Shown here in pieces: positions 16,237 through 25,311 of a stretch of 64,000 bases of DNA. Below the pieces are notes generated by a model that was not told the DNA's origin, made no database searches, and was given only the letters and a program-made list of their open reading frames with translations. Numbering within the stretch: position 1 is the first letter of the stretch; each line of letters starts with the position of its first letter. Source of the DNA: Candidatus Limnocylindrales bacterium (GTDB lineage Bacteria > Chloroflexota > Limnocylindria > Limnocylindrales > CSP1-4); assembly GCA_051306295.1 (NCBI GenBank), contig JBPPMZ010000069.1, forward strand, positions 17,998-81,997, read 5' to 3'. The position numbers and the translations under genes are program-made.

Positions 16237-17037
16237 TCAGGTTCGGGCCTCGGTGACGCTAGAGCTGATGCGGGTGGCGATGTAGACCGGGACCACGGAC
16301 AGCAGGATCAGGACCAGCGCGACGACGTTCACGACCGGCAACTCCGTCGGTCGCTGGATCGCGGTCAGGATCCACATCGGGATCGTCTGCGTGCCGGCAC
16401 CAGCCGTGAAGTTGGTGACGATGATCTCGTCGAACGACAGCGCGTAGGCCAGGAGGCCACCCGACAGCAGGGCCGTGCCCATACCCGGCAGCGTCACCCG
16501 GCGGAACGTCGTGAACGCGTTCGCCCCAAGGTCGGCGGAGGCCTCCTCGGGTGTACGTGGCAGGCGTCGAAGCCGGGCCACGACGTTGTTGTAGGCGATG
16601 ACCACGCAGAACGTGGCATGGCCGATGACGATGGTCAGCAGCCCGAAGTCGATGCCGAACGTGACAAAGCTCGTCCGCAGGGCGATGCCCGTCACCACGC
16701 CCGGCAGGGCGATCGGCAGGACGAGCAGGAACGAGATCGTCTGGCGCCCGAAGAACGCGTAACGCTGCACGGCCAACGCAGCCAGGGTGCCCAGGACCAG
16801 GGCGATGGCCGTGGCGACGGTCGCCACGATCAGGGTGTTGGCGAGCGCCGCGACCACGCCCGGGTTGTTGGCCGCTTCCGCGAACCACTGGAGCGTGAAG
16901 CCCGTCGGGGGCCAGGCCTGGAGGCGGCTCGGGTTGAAGGCGTAGATCGCAAGGATGACCAGCGGGAGGTACAGGAACGCGAGGACCAGCGCGGACGCGA
17001 TCCGCAGGGCGATCTTGACGGCCCGCGACTCAACCAT
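16237..17037 (-). CDS. potC: Spermidine/putrescine ABC transporter permease
   Basis: ABC permease EAA-like loop, 6 TM. Confidence 0.85.
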   Translation of the reverse strand: MVESRAVKIALRIASALVLAFLYLPLVILAIYAFNPSRLQAWPPTGFTLQWFAEAANNPGVVAALANTLIVATVATAIALVLGTLAALAVQRYAFFGRQTISFLLVLPIALPGVVTGIALRTSFVTFGIDFGLLTIVIGHATFCVVIAYNNVVARLRRLPRTPEEASADLGANAFTTFRRVTLPGMGTALLSGGLLAYALSFDEIIVTNFTAGAGTQTIPMWILTAIQRPTELPVVNVVALVLILLSVVPVYIATRISSSVTEART

Positions 17038-17046
17038 CCCGGTCGC

Positions 17047-17985
17047 TCACAGCGAATCGAACGCGCCCAGCCGGCGCGCCACGAGCAGGTAGATGGTCAT
17101 GATCCCGATCGGCAGCAGTGAGTACGCCGCCGCCAGCGGCAGGTTGCCCAGGCTCGAGTTGTCGTAGATGACGTTGCCGATGAACTTGGCATCGGACACG
17201 AGGTCTGGCGTGATGTAGTCGCCCAGCGTCAGCGAGAACGTGAAGATCGAACCGGCGACGAGTGCCGGGAAGACGAGGGGCAGGATCACCCTCCGGAAGG
17301 TCGCTCCCTGCCGGCCGCCCAGGTCGGCCGATGCCTCCAGCAGCGACGGTGGGATCCGCTCCAGACCGGCATAGATCGGCAGGATCATGTACGGCAGCCA
17401 TAGGTAGCTCAGGACCAGCCAGCTGTTGCTCAGCTCGCTGAGCCCCGGACTCTCGATGCCGAACGGCGACAGGGCCCATTCCATGAACCCGTTGCCCTGC
17501 AGGATCGTCCGCCAGGCGTAGACCTTGACGAGATAGGCGGCCCATAGCGGCATCAAGACCGCGATGACCAGGATGCCGCGGGTTCGTGGTGAGGCCACGC
17601 GGGCCATGTAGTAGGCGATCGGGAAGGCCAACAGGACGTCCGTGATGGTCACCAGGATGGCCATCCCGACCGTCCGGATCGCGATCGTCCGGTAGACCTC
17701 GTTCTCGGCCAGACTGACGAACGCGTCCAGGGACCAGGAGAACGGTTCGACCTTGCCGGTGAACGCGTCCTTGTCCCAGAACGCGTTGAGCAACAGGATG
17801 AACAGGGCGCCCAGGTAGGCGATGGCGAGCCATCCGAGCGGGCCGGCAAGCAATCCGCCCAACTGGAAGCGTCGGCGCGGATAGAGCCAGGTCGACAGCC
17901 GATGGGCGAACCCCGGTCGCCGCGGGATGGCGGCCGGCGCTGGCGTCGGCCCCGTTCCGTCGGTGGGCGGCGCTGGATCGGTCAT
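17047..17985 (-). CDS. potB: Spermidine/putrescine ABC transporter permease
   Basis: 312 aa, ABC transmembrane type-1 domain. Confidence 0.85.
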   Translation of the reverse strand: MTDPAPPTDGTGPTPAPAAIPRRPGFAHRLSTWLYPRRRFQLGGLLAGPLGWLAIAYLGALFILLLNAFWDKDAFTGKVEPFSWSLDAFVSLAENEVYRTIAIRTVGMAILVTITDVLLAFPIAYYMARVASPRTRGILVIAVLMPLWAAYLVKVYAWRTILQGNGFMEWALSPFGIESPGLSELSNSWLVLSYLWLPYMILPIYAGLERIPPSLLEASADLGGRQGATFRRVILPLVFPALVAGSIFTFSLTLGDYITPDLVSDAKFIGNVIYDNSSLGNLPLAAAYSLLPIGIMTIYLLVARRLGAFDSL

Positions 17986-18074
17986 CGGGTCATCGCCATG
18001 TGATGGGCGTGACGAAGGGCCCCCGGGACGTGCCCGGAAGCCCTTCGATCATGGTCGCGTGTGCCGCGGGCCGG

Positions 18075-19244
18075 TCAGGCGCCGCGGAGCTTGGTCCAGG
18101 CCTCGACCCAGGCGTCCTGGTCCTTGCACGTCGTGGCTGCATCCTCATCGGCGCAGTCCGCCTCGGGCGTGGACCAGTACCAGATCTTGTCGTAGTAGGC
18201 CTCATCCGTGGCGTGGTTCAACTCGCAATGACCGGGCGACAGGGTCTCGGCGTAGTCACAGGCCTGCTGGCTCGTGGGAGCTTCGCCGAACCAGACCGTG
18301 GCCTGGCCGTTCGCCTCCGCGGACGCCATGTGATCCATCCACATGTACATGCAGTTGGGGTTCTTGGCCTTGGAAGCGATCATCCACGTGTCGGACCAGC
18401 CCGTGGAGCCCTCCGCCGGGAGGACCCCCGCGATCGGTTCGCCCTCGCCCTGCATCAGGTTGACCTGGAACTGCCACGACGTCCCGATGACGACATCATC
18501 GGCCGCATACGAGGCGACCTGATCGCTGTAGGTGCCCCAATACAGGGCTCCGCTGGCGTTCTGTGCCTCGAGGAGTGCGACCGCCGCGTCGAGTTGCTCC
18601 TGGTTGAGCTGGTACGGATTGGTGATGCCGAGATCGGGCTTGGTAGACATCAGGTACAGCGCCGCATCGGCGATGTAGATCGAGGAGTCGTAGACGCTGA
18701 CCTTGCCGCCATAGGTGCCGTCCCAGACCGGAGCCCAGCTGGTCGGCGCCGCGGTGACGACCTCGGTGTTGTACATGAGCAGGTTCGGGCCGCGCCCGTG
18801 GGGCACGCCATACGCCACGCCATCCAGCGAGTTGTGGGTCTTGTTCTTGAGGCCCTCGAAGATGTTCGCGTAGTTCGGGATCAGGGCCGTGTTGACGGGA
18901 GCGACGATGCCGCCGGCCATCAATCGGCTCGTGGCGTCACCCGAGAACGACCCACCGTCGTAGTCGCCCGACTGCATGAGCGACACGCCGTTGTTCGAGT
19001 CGGTCATGTCGGTCGTCTTGACGATGCAGCCGGTCTTCTCCTCGAACGGGGTGACCCAGTCGAAGTTGGGATCGACGGCGCCGCGTTCAGCGTAGCCGGC
19101 CCAGATCACGAGGTTCAGGGCGCCTTCGCCCTCGCCAAGGGACGCCTGGGCGCTCGGACCCGCTGATCCGGATGCGCCGCCGCTACAGGCGGCCAGCGCC
19201 AGGGCGGCGATGCCCACGAGCGAGACCAGTCTTCGGTGCTTCAT
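18075..19244 (-). CDS. potD: Polyamine ABC transporter substrate-binding lipoprotein
   Basis: Lipobox LAACSGG, PotD/PotF family. Confidence 0.85.
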   Translation of the reverse strand: MKHRRLVSLVGIAALALAACSGGASGSAGPSAQASLGEGEGALNLVIWAGYAERGAVDPNFDWVTPFEEKTGCIVKTTDMTDSNNGVSLMQSGDYDGGSFSGDATSRLMAGGIVAPVNTALIPNYANIFEGLKNKTHNSLDGVAYGVPHGRGPNLLMYNTEVVTAAPTSWAPVWDGTYGGKVSVYDSSIYIADAALYLMSTKPDLGITNPYQLNQEQLDAAVALLEAQNASGALYWGTYSDQVASYAADDVVIGTSWQFQVNLMQGEGEPIAGVLPAEGSTGWSDTWMIASKAKNPNCMYMWMDHMASAEANGQATVWFGEAPTSQQACDYAETLSPGHCELNHATDEAYYDKIWYWSTPEADCADEDAATTCKDQDAWVEAWTKLRGA

Positions 19245-20287
19245 GCGGTCCTCTCCTCCTCCATGCCGGACCCCCCGTCAGCGACGGGGAGCTCATGCTG
19301 TCGCTTCCACACGAGGCGGACAGCCTTGCCTTGCTGAGCGAGCGCCTCGCTCGAGGTCGTCGCGAGATTCTGCTGGGTGACGACCAGCCGCGAACCGGCT
19401 GCGAGCTCCACGATATAGCGCGTGTCCGGGCCGAGATAGACGACATCGTGGATGGTCCCCGGCGCCGTCGTCTCGTCGTCGCCGGCGACCGCGTCCGGCT
19501 CGGCCAGGCGGATCTTCTCCGGACGGATGGTGAACGTCCCGGATCGGCCCAGCACCTGGCGGGCGACGTCGCCGCTCAATAGGTTGGACGTGCCCACGAA
19601 GCCGGCCACGAAGCGCGTCGCGGGCTGTTCGTAGACCTGTGCCGGCGTCCCGAGTTGCTCGATCCGGCCGTCGCGGAAGACTGCCATCCGGTCGCTCATC
19701 GTGAGCGCTTCCTCCTGGTCGTGGGTCACGTAGATGAACGTGATCCCGACCTGTTGCTGGATGGCCTTGAGCTCGATCTGCATCTCCTCGCGGAGCTTGA
19801 GGTCCAGGGCGCCCAGCGGCTCGTCGAGGAGCAGAACGCGCGGTCGATTGACGAGCGCCCGGGCGAGGGCGACGCGCTGCCGCTGGCCGCCGGACAGCTG
19901 CGCCGGCTTGCGCGCCTCGTAGCCCTCCAGGCGGACCATGCGTAGCGCCTCGGTCACGCGCCGGCCGCGCTCGTCGCGGGGCACCTTGCGGACGACCAAC
20001 CCGTAGGCCACGTTCTGGCCGACCGACATATGCGGGAACAGCGCGTAGTCCTGGAAGACCGTGTTGACGTCACGGTCGAAGGGCGGCACCCGCGTGACGT
20101 CCTCCCCGTGGAGCAGGATCCGCCCGGCCGTCGGCAGCTCGAACCCGGCGATCATCCGCAGGGTCGTGGTCTTGCCCGAGCCGGACGGCCCGAGCATGGA
20201 GAAGAACTCGCCGTCGCGGACCTCCAGGTCCAGGCCGGCGACCGCGACGACATCGCCGTAGTGCTTCTCCACGCCTTCCAGGCGCAC
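19241..20287 (-). CDS. potA: Polyamine ABC transporter ATP-binding protein. Start uncertain: GTG 20287 preferred; in-frame TTG 20344 / ATG 20461 possible.
   Basis: Walker [29 protein letters not shown]-like C-terminus. ATG at 20461 would leave only 12 bp before the divergent gene. Confidence 0.8.
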   Translation of the reverse strand: MRLEGVEKHYGDVVAVAGLDLEVRDGEFFSMLGPSGSGKTTTLRMIAGFELPTAGRILLHGEDVTRVPPFDRDVNTVFQDYALFPHMSVGQNVAYGLVVRKVPRDERGRRVTEALRMVRLEGYEARKPAQLSGGQRQRVALARALVNRPRVLLLDEPLGALDLKLREEMQIELKAIQQQVGITFIYVTHDQEEALTMSDRMAVFRDGRIEQLGTPAQVYEQPATRFVAGFVGTSNLLSGDVARQVLGRSGTFTIRPEKIRLAEPDAVAGDDETTAPGTIHDVVYLGPDTRYIVELAAGSRLVVTQQNLATTSSEALAQQGKAVRLVWKRQHELPVADGGSGMEEERTA

Positions 20288-20472
20288 GGCCGGGGTCGTG
20301 GATGGCGCAGCGGGGGACGTCCGGGTCTGGGTCTCTGACGCCAAGCGGTGGCCTCGTGACGGTGAGGGGGGCCCTGTCCGGGGGGTGACGGTGCGCGAAC
20401 GATGCGACGCGCCATTGGCAGTGTCAAGCACGGCTGGGACGCGTTCCGGGCACCGCGCCATAGACTCGGTGC

Positions 20473-20985
20473 ATGCAGGTGCTGTCGCGGACCATGGTCG
20501 TGCTGGCCATCGCCGCACTGGCGGCCGTCGTGGCAGGGGCGTGCGAGGCCGGCCCGCCGCCGGCGACCCCGCCCGTCGTGCCCGGGTCCTCCGCCCAGCC
20601 GCGTGAGGTCAACATCATCGCCAAGGACTACGCGTTCCTGCCCGACGCCGTGGACTTCGCGCCCGGTGAGACCGTCCTCCTGCATGTCATCAATGGCGGC
20701 ATGGAGATCCACGAAGCGATCATCGGGGATACCCGCGTCCAGGACGCCTGGGAGGTCGCGGAGGCCGCGACCGTTGGGGCCCCGCCCGGCCCGACACCCA
20801 TCGTCAGCGTCCCGCCTGATGTGAGCGGGATCCGGATCGTGGTCCGCTCCGGGGAGCGCGTGGACCTGGTCTGGACGGTCCCCGCGGACGCCGGGAGCGC
20901 GCCCTGGATCGTGGGCTGCCACATCCCGGGCCACTGGGCGAAGGGGATGCAGGTGCCTGTCCGGTGGCTCACCGCGACCGAATGA
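20473..20985 (+). CDS. Cupredoxin-like copper-binding lipoprotein
   Basis: Signal peptide plus lipobox VAGAC, His ... [12 protein letters not shown] copper ligand pattern. Confidence 0.65.
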   Translation: MQVLSRTMVVLAIAALAAVVAGACEAGPPPATPPVVPGSSAQPREVNIIAKDYAFLPDAVDFAPGETVLLHVINGGMEIHEAIIGDTRVQDAWEVAEAATVGAPPGPTPIVSVPPDVSGIRIVVRSGERVDLVWTVPADAGSAPWIVGCHIPGHWAKGMQVPVRWLTATE

Positions 20986-21090
20986 TCGGAGTGGCCGGTC
21001 CCACGGCCTCGTACGGTGGTACGCTCTGGCCCCGCACCGGTCGGTGCGGCTTCGTGAAGACCCCTTGGTCCCCTCGAAGGAGGATGTCGG

Positions 21091-21384
21091 ATGACCTACG
21101 TGATCGCCGAGCCGTGTATCGATGTGCTCGACCTGTCGTGCGTGTCCGTCTGCCCGGTGGACTGCATCCACTTCGAGGAAGGCACCGACCGCAAGCTGTT
21201 CATCGACCCCAACGAGTGCATCGATTGTGGCGCGTGCGAGCCCGAGTGCCCGGTGAACGCGATCTTCCCCGAGGAGTCGCTGCCGCCCGAATGGGCCAAG
21301 TTCACCGCGATGGACGCGACCTGGTACACGGACAAGGCCGCTGCCCGCGCGGCCGTCGATGAGTTCAAGCCACCCTCGGGCTGA
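21091..21384 (+). CDS. fdxA: 7Fe ferredoxin (3Fe-4S plus 4Fe-4S), FdxA type
   Basis: MTYVIAEPCIDV ... CVSVCPVDCIH ... CIDCGACEPECP. Confidence 0.9.
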   Translation: MTYVIAEPCIDVLDLSCVSVCPVDCIHFEEGTDRKLFIDPNECIDCGACEPECPVNAIFPEESLPPEWAKFTAMDATWYTDKAAARAAVDEFKPPSG

Positions 21385-21462
21385 TGGCTTCGCGGAGCTC
21401 AGCCTCAGACCTCCGGGCGCGAGTGCCGGCTCTCCGCTGAGGGTGCCAGTACCCAGACACGT

Positions 21463-22395
21463 ATGCGCATCGTCTCGCTCCTGCCTTCGGCGACGGAGAT
21501 CGTCTGCGCCATCGGCCTGCAGGATGAGCTCGTCGCGGTCACCCACGAGTGCGACTGGCCGCCGTCGGTCATCGGCAAACCCGTCGTCACCCGCAACGTC
21601 AACGACCTCACGGACGTGTCGTCCCGCGAGATCCATGCTCGTGTCACGGCCTCGATGCACGGCGGATCGTCGCTGTACGAGCTCGACGAGGAGGCCCTCG
21701 CCGCCGCCGAGCCCGACCTGATCATCACCCAGGAGCTGTGCCGTGTCTGCGCGGTCAGTTATCGCGAGGTGAACGAGGTCGCGCGCCGGATCGACGCCGA
21801 CATCACCGTGGTGTCGCTCGAGCCGACCTCGATCGAGGGCATCTTCAACACCATCACAACGGTCGGCGCGATGACCGAGGTCGAGGACGCCGGCATCGAT
21901 CTCGTCGAATCGCTGCGCGAGCGGCTGGGCGCGGTCGAGCGTCGCGTCGCCGAGCGCCGGAAGGGCGGGCATCAAGCCCCTCGAGTGGTCGGTCTCGAGT
22001 GGCTGGACCCGCCGTTCGCGCTCGGGCACTGGGTCCCGGAGCAGATCCGGCGGGCGGGCGGCTGGGACCTGCTCGGCAAGGACGGGGCGAAGTCACAGGA
22101 GACGACGTGGGACGCCGTCGCGGAGGTGGATCCCGAGATGTTGTTCCTCATGCCCTGCGGCTTCCACCTGGCCGAGACGGTCGCCGAGTGGGCGCGCACG
22201 CCCAAGCCGATCTGGCTCCCCGATCTCCCGGCCGCCCAGCGCGGGGCGGTCTTCGCCGTGGACGGCTCGGCGTACTTCAGTCGGCCCGGGCCGCGGGTCA
22301 TCGACGGCATCGAGCTGCTGGCGGAGATCATGGATCCGGCGGGGTTCGTGGACATCGCGGCGCCCGACAGCTGGACGCCCGTCCAGGTCAGCTGA
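21463..22395 (+). CDS. Class III periplasmic-binding-protein fold (BtuF/FecB-like) protein without signal peptide
   Basis: N-terminus MRIVSLLPSATEIVCAIGL typical of PF01497. No signal sequence. Confidence 0.65.
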   Translation: MRIVSLLPSATEIVCAIGLQDELVAVTHECDWPPSVIGKPVVTRNVNDLTDVSSREIHARVTASMHGGSSLYELDEEALAAAEPDLIITQELCRVCAVSYREVNEVARRIDADITVVSLEPTSIEGIFNTITTVGAMTEVEDAGIDLVESLRERLGAVERRVAERRKGGHQAPRVVGLEWLDPPFALGHWVPEQIRRAGGWDLLGKDGAKSQETTWDAVAEVDPEMLFLMPCGFHLAETVAEWARTPKPIWLPDLPAAQRGAVFAVDGSAYFSRPGPRVIDGIELLAEIMDPAGFVDIAAPDSWTPVQVS

Positions 22396-22398
22396 GCG

Positions 22399-23301
22399 AT
22401 GCCGTTCCGCGCGACCTTCGCGTGCCTGTGGTGCGGCACGCCCCACACGACCCGAACCCCCGACGACCTGGAGGGCTGGGCCCAGCTCTGCCCGGACTGC
22501 GTCGGCAAGGCGGGCGACAACGAGTTCCTGCGGTATCGACTTCGCCAGGCGCTGACCGAGCGGGGAGCGGCAGGAGCCCTGCCACCTGTCAGCGCGCCTC
22601 CACCTGCGGTCGACCCACCGGCCGACCCCGCAGACGATCTGGTCGCCTACTACGAGGCCCGCGCCGGCGAGTACGACGACTGGTACCTGCGCCGTGGCCG
22701 GTACGAGCGCGGCGCCATCCACGACGCCGCCTGGAACGCGGAGCTCGACATGGCCGGACGCTGGCTCGATGAGCTGCCGATCAGCGGCGAGATCGTCGAA
22801 CTGGCCGCGGGCACGGGTTGGTGGTCGCCCTTGCTGGCGTCCAAGGGCGAGCTGTCGATGTACGACGCGGCGAGCGCGCCGTTGGATCGCGCTCGCGAAC
22901 GCCTGGTGGCGCACCAGTTGCGCGCGCATCTCCACGTCCGTGATGCATGGGCGGAGCCGGACCGCGCCGTCGACGCGCTGTTCACCGGCTTCTGGCTAAG
23001 CCATGTCGAGCGGGCGCGCCTCGGCGACTTCCTGGCACTGGCGCGTCGGTGGCTCAAGCCCGGCGGGCGCTTCGCGTTCATCGACTCGCTGCCGGATCCC
23101 GCGTCCGGCGCCGCCGACAATCCACTCCCTGCCGCGGACCGGGCGACGCGACGCCTTGCCGACGGACGCGAGTTCTCGATCGTCAAGGTCTACTACCCCG
23201 CGGACGAGCTGGCGGCCGCTCTGCGCGCGGCGGGGTTCGATGACGTCAGGGTCACGACGACCGGACGCTTCTTCGTCACCGGCGTTGCGCGGGCTGGCTG
23301 A
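22399..23301 (+). CDS. Zinc-ribbon plus class I SAM-dependent methyltransferase
   Basis: CLWCGTP ... CPDC ribbon, then VELAAGTGWWS motif I. Confidence 0.65.
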   Translation: MPFRATFACLWCGTPHTTRTPDDLEGWAQLCPDCVGKAGDNEFLRYRLRQALTERGAAGALPPVSAPPPAVDPPADPADDLVAYYEARAGEYDDWYLRRGRYERGAIHDAAWNAELDMAGRWLDELPISGEIVELAAGTGWWSPLLASKGELSMYDAASAPLDRARERLVAHQLRAHLHVRDAWAEPDRAVDALFTGFWLSHVERARLGDFLALARRWLKPGGRFAFIDSLPDPASGAADNPLPAADRATRRLADGREFSIVKVYYPADELAAALRAAGFDDVRVTTTGRFFVTGVARAG

Positions 23302-23349
23302 TCGCACGCGTCGCCCGCTGACCGACACAGGAGCCGACTGGCGCATCGC

Positions 23350-23355
23350 TATACT
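23350..23355 (+). promoter_or_regulatory. TATACT -10 box placed for a leaderless proC transcript (TSS about 23362, ATG 23363)
   Basis: gcTATACTcc is identical to the -10 context at 15643 and 50647. Confidence 0.4.
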
Positions 23356-23362
23356 CCGCCCG

Positions 23363-24241
23363 ATGTCCCCCCTCGCCAAGGCCACGATCGCGACCGTCGG
23401 TTCCGGCGTCATGGCCGAGGCGATGATCGCCGGGTTGCTCCGCGGCCAGCACGGCCAGCTCGTGCAGCCTGGTCAGGTCGTGGCCAGCCACCCGCGCCCC
23501 GAACGGCGTGAGGCGCTGGAACGCGAGTACGGCATCCGGACCGTGTCGGGCAACGTCGAGGCCGTCGCCGACGCCGATGTCATCCTGTTGGGCATCAAGC
23601 CCCAGATGCTCGAGAAAGTGGGTCAAGAGATCGGCCCGCACCTGCGCCGCGGTCAGCTGGTCCTGAGCGTGCTCGCCGGTGCCACGACCGCGGCCCTGAC
23701 CGGGATCCTGGGCCATGACCAGGTCGTGCGCAGCATGCCCAACACGCCCGCCCGCCTGGGCAAGGGCATGACCGTCTGGTACGCGACCCCCGAGACGACC
23801 GTCGACCAGCGCGCCCAGGCCGCGGCACTCCTCGGGGCGCTCGGCGTCCAGCTCGAGGTCGATGACGAGAAGATGGTCGCGATGGCCACCGCGGTCAGTG
23901 GCACCGGCCCGACGTACGTGTTCCTGTTCATGGAAGCGCTCATCGATGCGGCCGTGCACCTGGGCTTCCCGCGCCACATGGCCCACGACCTGGTGATCGA
24001 GACCCTGGAGGGCAGCACCCTGTTCGCCAAGCAGTCGGGGATGCATCCGGCGGAGCTGCGCAACATGGTCACCTCGCCCGGCGGCACGTCCGCCGCTGCG
24101 CTGCACGAGCTGGAGAGTGGTCGACTCCGCACGGTCCTCTCGGAGGCGGTATGGGCGGCGTTCCGGCGCACGGTCGAGCTCGGCGACCAGCTGGAGGCGA
24201 AGGTCGACGCGGCTCCCCGGAAGGCCGGGCCGCTAGCCTGA
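23363..24241 (+). CDS. proC: Pyrroline-5-carboxylate reductase
   Basis: Full-length ProC homology, Rossmann N-terminus. Confidence 0.9.
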   Translation: MSPLAKATIATVGSGVMAEAMIAGLLRGQHGQLVQPGQVVASHPRPERREALEREYGIRTVSGNVEAVADADVILLGIKPQMLEKVGQEIGPHLRRGQLVLSVLAGATTAALTGILGHDQVVRSMPNTPARLGKGMTVWYATPETTVDQRAQAAALLGALGVQLEVDDEKMVAMATAVSGTGPTYVFLFMEALIDAAVHLGFPRHMAHDLVIETLEGSTLFAKQSGMHPAELRNMVTSPGGTSAAALHELESGRLRTVLSEAVWAAFRRTVELGDQLEAKVDAAPRKAGPLA

Positions 24242-25311
24242 TGGCTGACGCGTCGGCCGTCGCGACCCAGCCGGACCTGCGCCGGGCGCCGCTGGCCGAC
24301 GTTCGGGCAGTCGACTACCGCGCCGCGGCGCGCGACCTGTGGGCCGATGAGGCGGCACTCTGGGATCGCATGCACGCCTCCTGGGCCGGTCTCGACGATG
24401 CCGCTTGGCACCTACCTGGGGCCGCCCCATCGGATGCGGGTGGGCCGGACTGGACCCTCGCCGAGCACGTCGGTCACATCGCGGACTGGCAGGAACTGGC
24501 GATCGACTACGTGGCGACCGCGCAGGCGACCGGTCGCTGGCCGACCGACGACGACTTCGACGGCGGCGACTTCGACCGCTACAACGAGCGACGACGTGCG
24601 CCATGGACCACGATGCCGGCCGCGTCCATCCTGGCCCGGCTCGCCGCAGCGCGCCCGCGCCTGCTGGCCGCCGTCCAGCGCCTGCCCGGCGACACCATCC
24701 GCAGTGACGAGTCGTGGGCCTGGATTAACCTGACGCTGCACGGCCACTACCTGGACCACCTGGCGGTGCTGGAACCGTGGACCGAGCAACTCCGCCTGCG
24801 CCAGGTCGATGGTGACCCATTCATGGGCGACCCGCGCGCCGCGGATCACGCCGGACTGGTGGCCCAGGACACGGCGATCGCGGCCCAGTTCGATGCACTG
24901 GTACGCGCCGTCTCGCCCGAGCGCTGGCTGGGCGAGGACCTCACGCCCGGCTGGACCCTGCGCGACCACGTCGCCCATCTCGCGGACTGGGTCACGGAGG
25001 CCGTCCGGGCCATCGATGTCTACCGCCGGCGCGGCCACTGGCTGTCGGACCCGGAGGAGGGCGTGGACGCCTGGAACGATCGGCTCGTGGCCGCCTCGCG
25101 GGCCTCCGGCGAGTCGCCGGGCGCGACCCTGGCACGCTACGACGCGACCCGGGCGGACCTGCTGGCCGCGGCCGGGACCCTGAGCGTGGAGGAGCTCCGT
25201 TCCGCTGACGGCTGGTCGTGGGTCTACGACTGCCTTCACGGCCACACCCGAAAGCACCTCGCGATGCTCGGGCCGTGGTGCGCCGCCCTCGGCTGGCCGA
25301 GCGAGCCGTGA
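24241..25311 (+). CDS. Tandem DinB_2/MDMPI_N (mycothiol maleylpyruvate isomerase N-terminal-like) domain protein
   Basis: Two repeats with LAEHVGHIADW and LRDHVAHLADW His motifs. Confidence 0.6.
   Translation: MADASAVATQPDLRRAPLADVRAVDYRAAARDLWADEAALWDRMHASWAGLDDAAWHLPGAAPSDAGGPDWTLAEHVGHIADWQELAIDYVATAQATGRWPTDDDFDGGDFDRYNERRRAPWTTMPAASILARLAAARPRLLAAVQRLPGDTIRSDESWAWINLTLHGHYLDHLAVLEPWTEQLRLRQVDGDPFMGDPRAADHAGLVAQDTAIAAQFDALVRAVSPERWLGEDLTPGWTLRDHVAHLADWVTEAVRAIDVYRRRGHWLSDPEEGVDAWNDRLVAASRASGESPGATLARYDATRADLLAAAGTLSVEELRSADGWSWVYDCLHGHTRKHLAMLGPWCAALGWPSEP

Noticed and set aside
21420-21450. Possible fourth X-family copy (tgccagtaccc upstream of the PBP-like gene)
   Set aside because: Only a 10-nt match to the 5' terminus and no matching 3' inverted repeat within 150 bp.
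20152-22029. 625-aa minus-strand ORF
   Set aside because: Spans the potA start, the cupredoxin gene and fdxA antisense. Arg-rich. Artefact.
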